From: Podarcis cretensis
Lineage: Eukaryota
Assembly: GCA_951804945.1 (NCBI GenBank)
Contig: OX638151.1
Coordinates: forward strand, 64,604,001-64,668,000
Direction of reading: 5' to 3'
DNA: 64,000 bases
The translations under genes were made by a program, and so were the position numbers. Positions 39,580 to 51,471 of this stretch are shown here, in pieces (position 1 is the stretch's first letter; each line of letters opens with the position of its first letter). Under the pieces are notes generated by a model, which had not been told where the DNA came from, made no database searches, and saw only the letters and a list, made by a program, of their open reading frames with translations.

Positions 39580-40420
39580 TGTGATTGTTTGAGGTTGGAG
39601 GATGGATGGTGGTTAATGGACTGAAGTTGAATCCCGACAATGCAGAAGTACACTGTTTTGGGGGCACAGGGGGCAGGCAGGTGTGGGGGAATCTCTGGTC
39701 CTGAATGCGGTAACTGTGCCCCTGAAGGACCAGGTGCACAGCCTGGGAGTCATTTTGGGCTCACAGCTGTCCATGGAGGCGCAGGTCAATTCTGTGTTCA
39801 GGGCGGCTGTCTACCAGCTACATCTGGTACACAGACTGAGACCCTACCTGCCCACAGACTGTCTCATCAGAGTGGTGCTTGCTCTGGTTATCTCCTGCTT
39901 GGACTACAGCAGTGCACTCTATGTGGGGCTACTTTTGAAGGTAACTCAGAAACTACAACTAAAGCAGAATGCAGCAGGTAGACTGGTAACGGAGTGGCTG
40001 CTGGGACCATATAACACCAGTCCTAAAGGAACTTCACTGGCTCCCAGTACATTTCCGAGCACAATTCAAAGTGTTGATGCTGACCTTTAAAGCCCTAAAC
40101 AGCCTCGGCCCATTATACCTGAAGAAGTGTTTCCACCCCCATCGTTCTGCCCAGACACTGAGGTCCAGCTCTGAGGGCCTTCTGGCGGTTCCCTCAGAAG
40201 TGAGGTTACTGGGAACCAGGCAGAGGGCCTTCTCGGTAGTGGCACCTGCTCTGTGGAACGCCCTCCCATGAGATGTCAAGGAGATAAAGAACTACACAAC
40301 TTCTAGAATACATCTGAAGGCAGCCCTGAATCAGGAAATTTTTAATGTGTTATGTTTTTTATGTTTTTATATTCTGCTGGAAGCTGCCCAGGTGGGCGGG
40401 GTAATAAGAATAAGAATAAT
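39580..40420 (+). mobile_element. L2-clade LINE 3' fragment, older and frameshifted
   Basis: Same family as the 29.4-kb and 32.5-kb copies, with its frame split across ORFs 39683-40090 and 40071-40271. It interrupts a SINE. Confidence 0.88.
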
Positions 40421-42494
40421 TTTTAGGTCTCCTCAGTCCCAGTGCCCTGTTCTGACCGCTATACCACACTGCATCTCAACTGAGCATTGCAGCCCATATC
40501 ACAGAGTGACAAATTCATCTACAGATGCCAAATTTACATGGTTGAATACCCATAAATTGCTAACGAACAGCAGCATATTGCTGACATCTGACAAAGCATG
40601 TTGACATGAGTGGATATAAGCCAGGTGTCTGTACAGGTACCTTGCACAGGTAGCTTGTCATTCATAGCCTGTTCCCCTCTCATATGTATAGAGAACAGGT
40701 TTGTGATGAAGTGGACAGAGTTTTAGACTGCAGAGACCTTGGCTCTAGCTTTAGTTAGGCATAAGACATAGGTAAGACACTCTGTTTTAGACTAGCCTAT
40801 CTCACAGGGTTGTGGGGATTTTTATTTATTTCATAAATTTTATATACCACTTGATTGTAGAAAACTTCCAAGTGGTTTACAAAAACAATAGAACAGCAAG
40901 ATTATTGATAAAATAATCAAAACAGTTCCCAGAATTCCCTGTGAAGCGGGATTGGTTGTTAAACCATCTCGAGAATTGTGAATGTGGTCTAGGACACCTT
41001 GTTCTGCAAGCCTCTCAAAAGAGACTGTGGCTTTCCAAATGACTTCGAAACCATGTAACTTAAATATGGGAAAGTTAAAGCCCAACACTTTCTATTCAAC
41101 AGAGGCAATAACCTAACCCTAAAACTGGACACTGGACAAACAGTGGTTCATCCACACTTCCGCTTTCCCTGCCAGTTTCCTCCAGGAAAACCCGCTGTTT
41201 ACCCCTGAATTGGAGCAAATGTCAATCAGGTTCTCTCCGGGTTGGCACTTGCTCTGATTTAGCATTAAAGAGTGGGTTTTCTGGGGGGAAACAGTGGGGC
41301 AAAGACAAAACTCATTGGATCCATACCTAAAAAGCACGGGACAAGCAGAAAACAGCTTGGACCCATGCTTCTCTACCTCCCAATTTTCTTGATCTGTCCC
41401 TCACCCCCCCACACACAGACCCAGTTAGCTTTTCATGGCCACTGAGCATGCTCAGTCTCCAATGGACTGGTTGTATAATTCTCTCATCCCTTAAGGATTC
41501 CCTCCCCCAAAAAACCCATACTTCTGCAGACTTTGGGGTTCCCTTAGCCTGCTTGTATCTCCTGCTTGTATGTGTGTGTGTGTGTGGGGGGGAGTGTCCT
41601 TTTGGCCCTATCAGAAAGAGAGGAGACAATAATTTGCTTTGTTTCTCTCTCCCCTCCTCCATTTCCTGCTTTATTTCCCTAGTCTTTTCTAGTGAAAGGT
41701 CATAATTCAAATAGGGAGGACACAGTCACACACTGTGTATGAAATCATAGAGAAGGATGGCATTGATGTCAATTATGCTTTTTTTTTGCTCTGGGAAGTG
41801 AAGAGAGACAGACAATAGGTCTCCAGGAGCAGAAAGGACAGGCCCACTGTGTGTGGCACGTTTCCTAGAAGACAGGATGCCCTGTCAAACTCTGTGTGCA
41901 ATTTCAGCTAGCGTCTGATGTCTCTTTCCATTGTATTATTGCACTGTATACAACAGAGGCTTGGCGATTATATATATATATATATATATATATATTACCG
42001 CAAAGGCAACCCAATGCACAGGAAAATGCTTGTGCTGTTCTGAATTCATGTACCCTCTGACATCCTGCCGATCAAAATTGTGACACTTGTTTTTTGGGCC
42101 TGAGCTCTCTCTATATTATATCCTGTATGGATGGTGAGGGTGTGGCCCCTAGTTAAAGCAGGGGTAGAGCTAGCCTGCACTCCCCCCCCTCTCCTCAGCC
42201 ATCCCCACTGAACATGCCTGATCACTCTCCTCCCTTCACACATCCTTTCAATGTGCGTAGCGTTAGTTTCGCCGCAAGTACCAGTGCTGGCTTAGCACAA
42301 AACAAAAAGTCATGACACAGCACCCTCAAAATTGGTTTGCAGCATTTACTAAGAAAACATAATGAATGTTTTAATTATTAAAACGCTAGGAACAATGGAC
42401 CTTGGCAGATTTTATAGGGACTTATGAACACTTAACTTTTGATAAATGGAGCTGGTGAAAGTATCAAATGAAATGGAAAGTTTGAATGAACTGG

Positions 42495-42756
42495 ACTCCT
42501 TGGCAGGTTTTGAATAAGCACTCACAAATTTTTAATTGACAATAATCAGTCAGATAAATTAAGGATTTATACAATTATGTAACATGCAGAGAACAGCATC
42601 TGTAGAGAAACCTTAGATTGGAGCTGAGGGAAGTCAGGGGGGGAGGGGAGGGTGGGTTATTTTATGGGGGGAGGGGGGAAATGGGGGGATCAAGGATGAT
42701 ATGTATTAAGACAATATGTTTTGTTTAAATTCTTAATAAAAATATTTTTAAAAAAA
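42495..42756 (+). mobile_element. Short 5'-truncated non-LTR insertion, probably an L1-clade 3' end
   Basis: Perfect 19-bp TSD GAAAGTTTGAATGAACTGG (42476-42494, 42757-42775), a G-rich tract, AATAAA and an A tail. Confidence 0.8.
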
Positions 42757-43493
42757 GAAAGTTTGAATGAACTGGGGGGGGGGGATCTTACGCATCTCTG
42801 AAGCATAAGGCAACAGTCAACTGGTTGGCAGCCAAGTGCTACCAGGTTCATGACTGTAACCTAGCATAATCGTGGGGGTTATTGCTGATTATTGTTCATT
42901 TTGTGTAGTTATATGTGATGAATTGTTTTAATGTGTGTTTACGCTGCCCTACAATCAGTTAGTATGGGGCAGGTCAGAAATAGCTTATTTAATTAATTAG
43001 AAACATGCCAGGGCGCTTTAGTCAATTCCGTTTTCTGGACCAGTAGTATGCTACTTACTTTGCTGCATTTATACTTTATATTGGGTCGTGGGTGAAGAAC
43101 CTCTGGTGGAGGGTCTGTTGGCATGGGCCATGAGGCCCAGAAAGGCAAGCAGGCAAAGTAAACTAAAGTATCTTTGAGGGACGTAGTGCTAGCAAGAACA
43201 AGCTGGTGAATCCCTGGTGCTGGGGAACAATGGAGGCAGAGAGCTATCACTCTCAAGTCCTGCTTGTGGGCTGGCTGTCCAGAGGCATCATTTATCTGTT
43301 TGGATTTATAGCTGAAGCTACTGTCAAATCTAACATGAGTCTTCTGGAATATCATGGGATGTAAGCAGTAATCTAGCAGGCAGCACTAAGGAGAGGCTTG
43401 AAATGGCCAGATCATCCTTTGCAAAAAAGTTGGGATTGGAATGTTAAAAAAAGGGAAATAGCTCTTATTGGTATCTGGATGTTTACACCTATA

Positions 43494-43714
43494 CAGTGGT
43501 ACCTCGGGTTAAGAACTTATTCTGAAGATCCGTTCTTAATCTGAAACTGTTCTTAACCTGAGGTACCACTTTAGCTAATGGGGCCTCCTGCTGCCGCCAC
43601 GCAATTTCTGTTCTCATCCTGACGCAAAGTTCTTAATCCAAGATACTATTTCTGGGTTAGTTGAGTCTGTAACCTGAAGCGTCTGTAACCTGAAGCATAC
43701 TCGAGGTACCACTG
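43494..43714 (+). mobile_element. MITE family A
   Basis: TIRs, TA flanks and shared internal sequence. Confidence 0.85.
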
Positions 43715-44880
43715 TATGTAGATAAAACCATTGTTTCACATCGATAATAAATGCTTCATAGATTCCTTAAAGGCTTGAAAATAATGTTTTACCATTCCAA
43801 GTTTATTCTAGCAGCTTACTGATATCACACCATCTGAGTGCTCAGTGTAACAGAGAAACAATCAAATGAGTCTTTGATGTACATACTTTTTGTAAAATGC
43901 AGTTATAGCTTAATTTTAAGTTTCAAAGCCGTTCTTATTCTTTCTTTCTTAAACAGTTCTTTTTCCCATGAAAAAACCAACCCAACCCATAATTTTTGGT
44001 TGGGAAGCTTTCAATTGCTCTAGTTAGAAAAGTGTGCCTTACTTCCCTCAGGGCACAAAGATTCTCTCCTAATGGGTAGACAATGAGTGCTCTTGATGAA
44101 AAACTGAGCAAAACTCAAACAAAAACCAGCTATCTTTTTCTTTAAAAAAACACTAATCTGTCTTTTAGAGGGAGCTGGCAAGGAGGAGGGAGGATACACA
44201 CTTGCAAAGCTTGTTAAAAGATTTATTACTCCATGCTGGATGTCAGTCCATTTTAAGAGTGTTTATAAAATATTAATCAAAATGAGAGAATTAGCGATTC
44301 AAAGAATAATTATATGAAACAGACTCCAGGATCTTCCCGCAATGTGTGACCCAATTATTTGCTGAATTTCAAGAAAGCTGTCTTCCTGAGATCTGGTGTG
44401 GCTTTCAGTGTCATTTAAGATCTTTCTCAGTGGAAATATCCAGATCTTTTTATTACCATACTTTATCTCTTTTTTGTGTGATAGAAGAGCAGCTGGTGGA
44501 GGGAAGAGAATGGCAATCTGGTGCAGAAAATTTTTTGGAAGGGAAATGGGGTGCTTATGTGTCCTACTTTACAGAGGATGGTCCTCTTTTTGAAGGATTC
44601 CAGAAGGATTGCCTGATCCAAACATGAGTTAGAAAGATAAAGAACCATAAGAAGGGAGAACAGGGACCTTGAATCTGCCTGTCAGCTGCACCCCAACAGC
44701 ATACTGAGGATGTACACAGGAAGAGGCGGGTTTAGGGCATCACGGCTGGTTCTGCTGCACAGGGTGTCGAGCCTAGGGGGCACTGCGGGGTATCCAAACG
44801 ATGACGTAGTGAATTTAGCAGAATGGAAAGCGAAAGGTGGGGTGCTGGCAGTGAATTATGGCCTCACAGCATGTGTCTGG

Positions 44881-44938
44881 AATTTGAAAGACCAAATATT
44901 ACAGGGACAATTTGAAAGACCAAATATTACAGGGACAA
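44881..44938. repeat. 28-bp tandem duplication AATTTGAAAGACCAAATATTACAGGGAC x2
   Basis: Two exact adjacent copies. Confidence 0.9.
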
Positions 44939-45047
44939 TAACACTTGGGCTTAGTTTGCAATTGTGCAACCTCATTTTTAATTTGATGTTGTGGTCCTGA
45001 TGGGATGAGGCACTGATTGCTCCAAATGAAGGCTTAGCCACACTTAC

Positions 45048-45118
45048 TTTCAAGCTCCATGTCTAAGCACCCTTCCTTTCGCCCTGGAGTTTTCCCCGTG
45101 AAAACCTGCTCTTTAAAG
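45048..45118 (-). CDS. Candidate exon B (FKEQVFTGKTPGRKEGCLDMELE)
   Basis: Acceptor ctttttctcttcag and donor AAA|GTAAGT are both near consensus. 71 nt, phase 2 to phase 1, open frame. Confidence 0.45.
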
Positions 45119-46453
45119 CTGAAGAGAAAAAGCAGCAATTTGGGTCTTCCCTGGATTGTTGCTTGCTCTGATTCAGCGGTAAAGAGCAGGGTTTGTGAGG
45201 AAAGCTCTGGAGCAAAAACAACAACAACAACAACAACAAAAACAACAACAACCAACAAAAACAGTGCTCCAATATGCAGCTTGAAAGTGTGGACCATGTC
45301 TGGAAAGCGCAGTGGATAAGTAAGTGTGGATAAGCTCTCATCCTGTGTGATATCCAGAAAAAACAACACATGATACAGTTAAACCCTACGAGGAAATAAT
45401 CACACCCCAAGTGCTGGATTGTCTCCCCTGCTTCCCACATAACTGAGCATATGGAATACTTGCTCAATCATCTTTGCTTGATGAGGGCAACAGAGTGAAG
45501 CCTTTTAGGGCCTTTCTAAAACCACCCAGTGAAAAGAATTAACAACCGCCTATCACTCTGTTAGCATTTTAAGGGAAGGGGAAATTAAATATAGTAAGTT
45601 CAGCATTGCCATTTAATTCTTAGAAACATGTTGTTTAATAATATGAAAGCACATTTCGGCTTCTCTATCCTCTTTATGGTTATTCCCAGTGGCATGCTTT
45701 CTGTTCTGAATAATTCATCGCATTTTTTAGCCTGCGTCGTGCATAACCCAAAATTGCAAAACTTACCAAACTCAATTTAAAGTTTTTCACCTTAAGCCAC
45801 ACATTTCATAAATAATGTATTTTCTTCTAATATGCATGTTCCCATGGATTGCAAATAGCCTAGATGCCATCCCTTGATACTATTTATTTTCACATGAAAG
45901 GCAGGAAAAAAGATGAATATGTTCTTTTAGCAGCTCATAACTTTCCAAAATATATTACACCAGTATAATATCTTGCACTGACATTTTATGTTACAATTGT
46001 TGTACAGTATAACAAAAATATCGGAGAAACATGTTGTAAGCCTTCCTATTTGTGAAGCTCTTGATAAGCATAATTAACTGTAACATTAGGTGCCTAATTC
46101 ACCATGAGTCCTGTGTTATAGTGCTCAGGGCTATGAGCTTGTACTGCAAAATACTGGTCCTGTAAACATCAAAGTATATAGACGTTTGAATTGGCTTGCT
46201 TTTTGGCCCAGTATGGAGAGAGATATAAAACTTGAAATGTAAAGTGTAAACAAGACTTGTAATACTTGCTGCCATAATTTTTATAAAATGATGCAAGCAG
46301 GAGACTGGGACACAGAAACTTCACCAAACAGGGAAGCCATGAGAGTGTTAAAAGTGGCACCATATCATTATTTATTGCATTCATACCCTACTTTTCCTCC
46401 AATTTGCTCAGGGTGATGCACATGGTTCCAGTCCTGCTCCACATTGTAATCCC

Positions 46454-46601
46454 CAGTGCTTTTTTCTGGAGGGGAACACAGGGGTACTCATACCCCTAAA
46501 CATTTTGTGAATCTAAGTTTGGCTTCATTGAGGGGCAGTATTTCAATATGAATAGGAAAAGGAGAGTACCCCTAAACTTTTTTTAAAGAAAAAAAGCACT
46601 G
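46454..46601. mobile_element. hAT-type MITE nested in a SINE
   Basis: TIR CAGTGCTTTTTT / AAAAAAGCACTG. 8-bp TSD GT(A/T)ATCCC. Confidence 0.8.
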
Positions 46602-48141
46602 GTTATCCCCACATAAGACTGGGTGGGGTGGATGCCTCAGGCAGCACCCGCAAAGGAACATCACCTCTGTTCCATCACCCAGCTGGTCTCCCTGGCCTCC
46701 AGGGGCAGAGAGGGACTGGTGGCAAAGCTCTGTCGAATGCCTCCTCTCATGCCAAGTTGACACGAGGGGAGATGCTACACCACCCAACATTGCCACCAAC
46801 CAGGGGGGCAGATCTCCTTCCATGCCCTGCCTGGTGGTGGGACAGGGCTTTGCACTGGCTTCTCCTGAAGCTAGGAGTCAATGTCTCTGCTGGGTGGGAG
46901 TGGGAATCTGGAAAGAATCTCTTTTTCTTTCCGCTTCACCTGCCAGGCAGGGGAGACTCCTTACAGAATTTGTGCCTCCGTCACATAGGCAGCAACGAAG
47001 CGCTTCACCTCAGCTGCTGAAAAAGCTCAGGCCACCCCTGTCCTCCCAGCAAACCTGAGATGTAGGTTAGACTGAGAAACTGTGACTTCCCCAAGGTCAC
47101 CCAGTGAGTTTCATGGCTGAGTGGGGATTTGAACCTGATCTCCCAGTTCCTAGTCCTAGAGCCTCTTCAACATTAGAACCTTAATAGCCCCCTAGGAAAA
47201 AAAACCAGGCCAGTTGCAGCATATCAAGCCAGGCAAATTAGAAGTTGGGCAGTACACTTGCAATACTTAAAGAACATTTTGTTCTTCTCCCTTGGTTATA
47301 TTTTGCATATATTTCAAGTCATCTGAAAGCACACAGGAAGCCTCTGGAAGCTGGAACGATCATTCTCTTTGTTCCATAGACAATTCCTCCAACATATCCT
47401 TTTCAAATTATGTAAGTAGCACAAAATGTGAACCCAGGGTGTTGTATATGAGCATTGTCAAATAAGAGATTCCATCATATGTGAACAGAAGGAAATTGCA
47501 TAGGCAAAGGTTCCAAGGGATAACTTTTCCTGTGCAAAGCTGAACTCAGAGACAAAGCTTAAAACCAGCTGTGCTATGTACTTAAACAGCACAAAATATT
47601 AGAAAATGCACTAAAGTCCTTGATTTCCTGGAGAGCCACCTTGAGAATGGAGCGATAGGTTGAGGCATTCTCTCCACATGCCCTGTGCTGAATTTGTATA
47701 GTTAATTTTAAATTAGAAAGCAGAGGATTGTGTGAACATTTTACAGATTGTTTTATACCGGTAATTTGATTTGCTGTAGCCTGGCCTGAGACTACTGGTG
47801 GCAGTCAAGATGCAAAATTCATAACTAAATAATATCAGTAACTCTGTATTGCTCAGAATAACATCCATGCTACAGGACATTCTCTGCCTTTTTGGAGCTC
47901 AAAATGAATTTTTGCATGAATTCAAAATCGAGCAATAATTTAGAATTTTTCCAATTTGTCTTTTAAAATGTTGTACAGTGAAATAAAGTCTTGGTGACTA
48001 ATTGTAAGGTCAAATTCTGTTTGCCAAATTCAATTCTTTTACATGTTGGTTTTTTGGTTGTGCTTTGCAAGCAAAACAGAATCAGTTACTGGGAATGTTA
48101 GGAAAAGAAATCAGTGTAGAAGAACAATACAAATCCTAAGA

Positions 48142-48277
48142 CAGTGTTTCCCAACCTTGGGTCTCCAGCTGCTGTTGGACTACAATTCCCATCATCCATG
48201 ACCATTGGTCTTGCTAGCAAGGGATGATGGGAGTTGTAGTCCAAAAACAGCTGGAGACCCAAGGTTGGGAAACACTG
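48142..48277. mobile_element. Palindromic hAT MITE
   Basis: Arms of ~55 bp are near-perfect inverted repeats, with a perfect 8-bp TSD TCCTAAGA. Degenerate relatives lie near 11905, 21885, 36910, 50290 and 52415. Confidence 0.88.
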
Positions 48278-48579
48278 TCCTAAGACAATGAAGTAATGTG
48301 TGTTCCTCCAGTGATCTGTCCTCCTCCAGTGTAGTCACAAGGAAGAGTTTGGAAGCTTTCACTTCCATTTTTGATGAACTGCAGCCAGCCAAACCTGACA
48401 CACTGCAGTTAATAGAAACCATGAGTTGTTTGAAAGAAGCCAACTGTTGTTGATGAAGATGGCATGTTTCACAAGCTACAGTTAAAAGATTAACCACTGT
48501 TTGTTGAATTTGGATGATAGCTCAAGTTCTGATTAATTTAAATCAAAAGCAAACACTTCTGGTCTCCTTGTAACCCTAG

Positions 48580-48690
48580 AGTTGTATCCAGCATTAGTCA
48601 AACTAGGAATAGACCACTGAAAATAATGGGCATGACTAAGTTAGCTTCATTAATTTCTACTCTGAGTAGAATTTAGCTGGCTTCAGCCCA
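48580..48690. mobile_element. Short degenerate palindromic repeat family
   Basis: Self-complementary (ATTAGTCA..AGACC-ACTGAAAT / ATTAATTT..CTCTGAGTA). Related copies at ~17476-17560, 18803-18905 and 38755-38870. Confidence 0.5.
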
Positions 48691-51410
48691 TGTCTGAATG
48701 CAGGCATGCATTCCACAGGAGGAAGTAATTTTGCACCCACCCACCCACCCAGAAAGTTCCAGCGGCCTTACACAACTTCAGGCTCCCAACACACAAGCTA
48801 CCCATGTCCTGAGTAAGAGTGGTTTATGACAGTATATTTTAAAAACAGTTGGAGGGTGCATTCAGTTGTGGGGATTAATGTGTTCATTTCCCATGTCATA
48901 AGGCATGGACTTTGGTTCCAGTTTCTAACATTCCTCGTACATTGCATTACCTTCTGCACTGGAAGTGTGAGACTCGATCAATATGGCGCCATGTTGCACT
49001 AAATTTAATTCACACCAGTGACCATGGTGTGACACAACAGTGTTTCTATTCCTCCTCCATGATTTGAGAAAGGACTGTATGGCAGAATATTACCCCAAAT
49101 TTCATCACTGAGTGGCAGTGGCATGATCTGTGAAAACTGTGGTAAAATGTCCCTGATTTTTCAGGTAAACAGGATTGCAAATGGATTTTTTATGGAAGCA
49201 ATTAGCATGGAATTGAGCAGTAAATTTCCACTAGATTCCATTGGAACTTTAGAAGTGGTTTTTATGTCATGTAAAGGATCACATAAAGCATAAATTAATT
49301 TCAGGGAAATGGAATAAAGTACTGTCCAAATGCAGTAAATCAGATCTAAAATGTTAACTGTGTATCAGTTGCTTGTTGTTTTGCAGCATTGAAGGATGCA
49401 TTTTGAATTGGAGAATATATTTAAGAAGCAGGGAAAAGAGCTAGCAATTTTCCCAGACAGATTAGCTTCATACTTGCATTCTAATCTGTGGTCCTTAATC
49501 TTAACCTTCTTTTCAAAATCTGCTTTTCTTGGAAGTCGATTAAAGAATGAATAAGTAATTGTTGTATAACATGTAACACAAATGAGTAGAACTCAGCCCT
49601 GGGCTGGTATCCTTCCATTGAGTTCCATGTGTGCAGCTGGATTTAGCCAACGCTTGGGACCACCAGGCAATGTGAAAGGGAGTGATTGGGGGAGGGGGGA
49701 ATATTATAAAATGGCATAGAGAGTTATTCACAATCTTTTGTACGGTACGATTCGTATATGCACTATTTTAACCATATAATAAACAACCAGCCATATAACC
49801 ATATGCAAATTATGGCTTATACGGGTAAATTTCATTGTAGGTTTCTGTGGTGGCAGCTATGCTTTTATCTCTATTTATAGCTATGTGGTGAACTTTGAAT
49901 TTAGTTACAGTGCTGTACTTCCTTAAATTTTGGAGATGAAAAAGAATTGTCGTAAAACTATTTGCTCCACACTTTAGATGGAAATCACCCATCTCTTTCA
50001 CTGATAGATGGAACAGAAAATAACTCATTGTTCTCTGGTCCCAGATTCCTAAACATTATCTCTCCAATTCATCAAGGGAGATCCATGTGCATAGCTGATG
50101 CAAATGCACTCTGTGATATCCATCCACTGAACCTGGTGGGTGTCTCAGTTGTGGATGAAATTCATGACTCTATCTGGGGCCACTCATTGCAAATAAGAAA
50201 GTGAAACTGGATCTAGATTGGGACCTATGCCTCTTATTCAACATGTTCTCTCAAGTCTTCTCAGTTCCACACTTTTTATGTTCTAGATCAGCAACAGGGA
50301 TCCGTTGACCTTCCAAATGCTGCTGAACTTTCGTTCCCATCAACCCTGTCAAGCATGGCCAATGACCAGGAATGATGGGAGCTGTAGTTCAGCAACATTT
50401 GGAAGGCCAAAAGTTCCCTAAGCCTGTTTCAGCTCTTTGAGTAGATCTTGCATTGTCTGTACAGCTGGGCAGCAGGCAACCCTCCTCAGATCATTCCCTT
50501 TGTTTCAGATGTTCAAGCTATGAGTACCTTTGTTTATGTGACCAAAACAGCATCACCCGCACACAAGTGGGAAATATTAGAAGGCTTTTCAAAAATATTT
50601 ACAATTCTCTTTTAAACAAGAACCCCAAAACTGCCCAATGAAGACTAAGCATTTTCAGAAGCTAAGGAATTCTGACTGCTACGGTTGGAATGGAAAATTG
50701 AGGGAGAAATGGAATAGAGTGAACTGGAAGCACTGGCCACATTTTGTTGCAGGTTCATTTGTGCTGCCTAAAAGACATTACTTACATCAACTTGTTTTGT
50801 ATTGTTGGACTTGTAATACATTTAAGCTAATGAATGCTTTAGGTTGTCTCTGTTTAGTTGAAAATTTAAGGCAATGCAAACAAATTTAGGGAAAGTGGGG
50901 CATCATGTTCCTCTCGTAATAGTGATTATTCAGCCTCAATCAATCTCTTGTTTGTACCAAATTCCTTAAAATGACCATGAGCCAGCAGTGTTTGGATGGA
51001 AATTTTTCTGTACTACGAGTTTATGCACCAAAGCATTAGGGTGTCAGCTGACATTATTTGTTTCACTTTGATTTGACAAGCGCTTCACTTCAAAGAGTTT
51101 TCTAACAGCCAATCAGTCCCATTATGTAAAATGGGATTTGGCTTACTGCTAGCTCCCCCCACCCCCGCCTGCCCTGCCAATGTTCTACTGTATTCTATAA
51201 TTGAACTGCGGAAAGATTTACCAAGCAGTCATCACATGCAGAAGGCTTTACTGCTTCAACAGCTGATTCTTTTTTTCACTTCTGCTTTCATATTAACAGA
51301 GGTTGCCATACCAGCTACAAAGACATGGCCTGCTGCCCAGCAATTACTAGGCAAGCTGAAAACTATTGATATTCTAAATGTCTCTGCTAGATCAGGTGGC
51401 ATATTGTATG

Positions 51411-51411
<1 letters not shown>

Positions 51412-51468
<57 letters not shown>
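51412..51468. repeat. (CA)n microsatellite
   Basis: Seen directly. Other short arrays: (AAAT)n ~3770, (AT)n ~5575, ~24040 and ~41970, (AAC)n ~45216. Confidence 0.95.
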
Positions 51469-51471
<3 letters not shown>

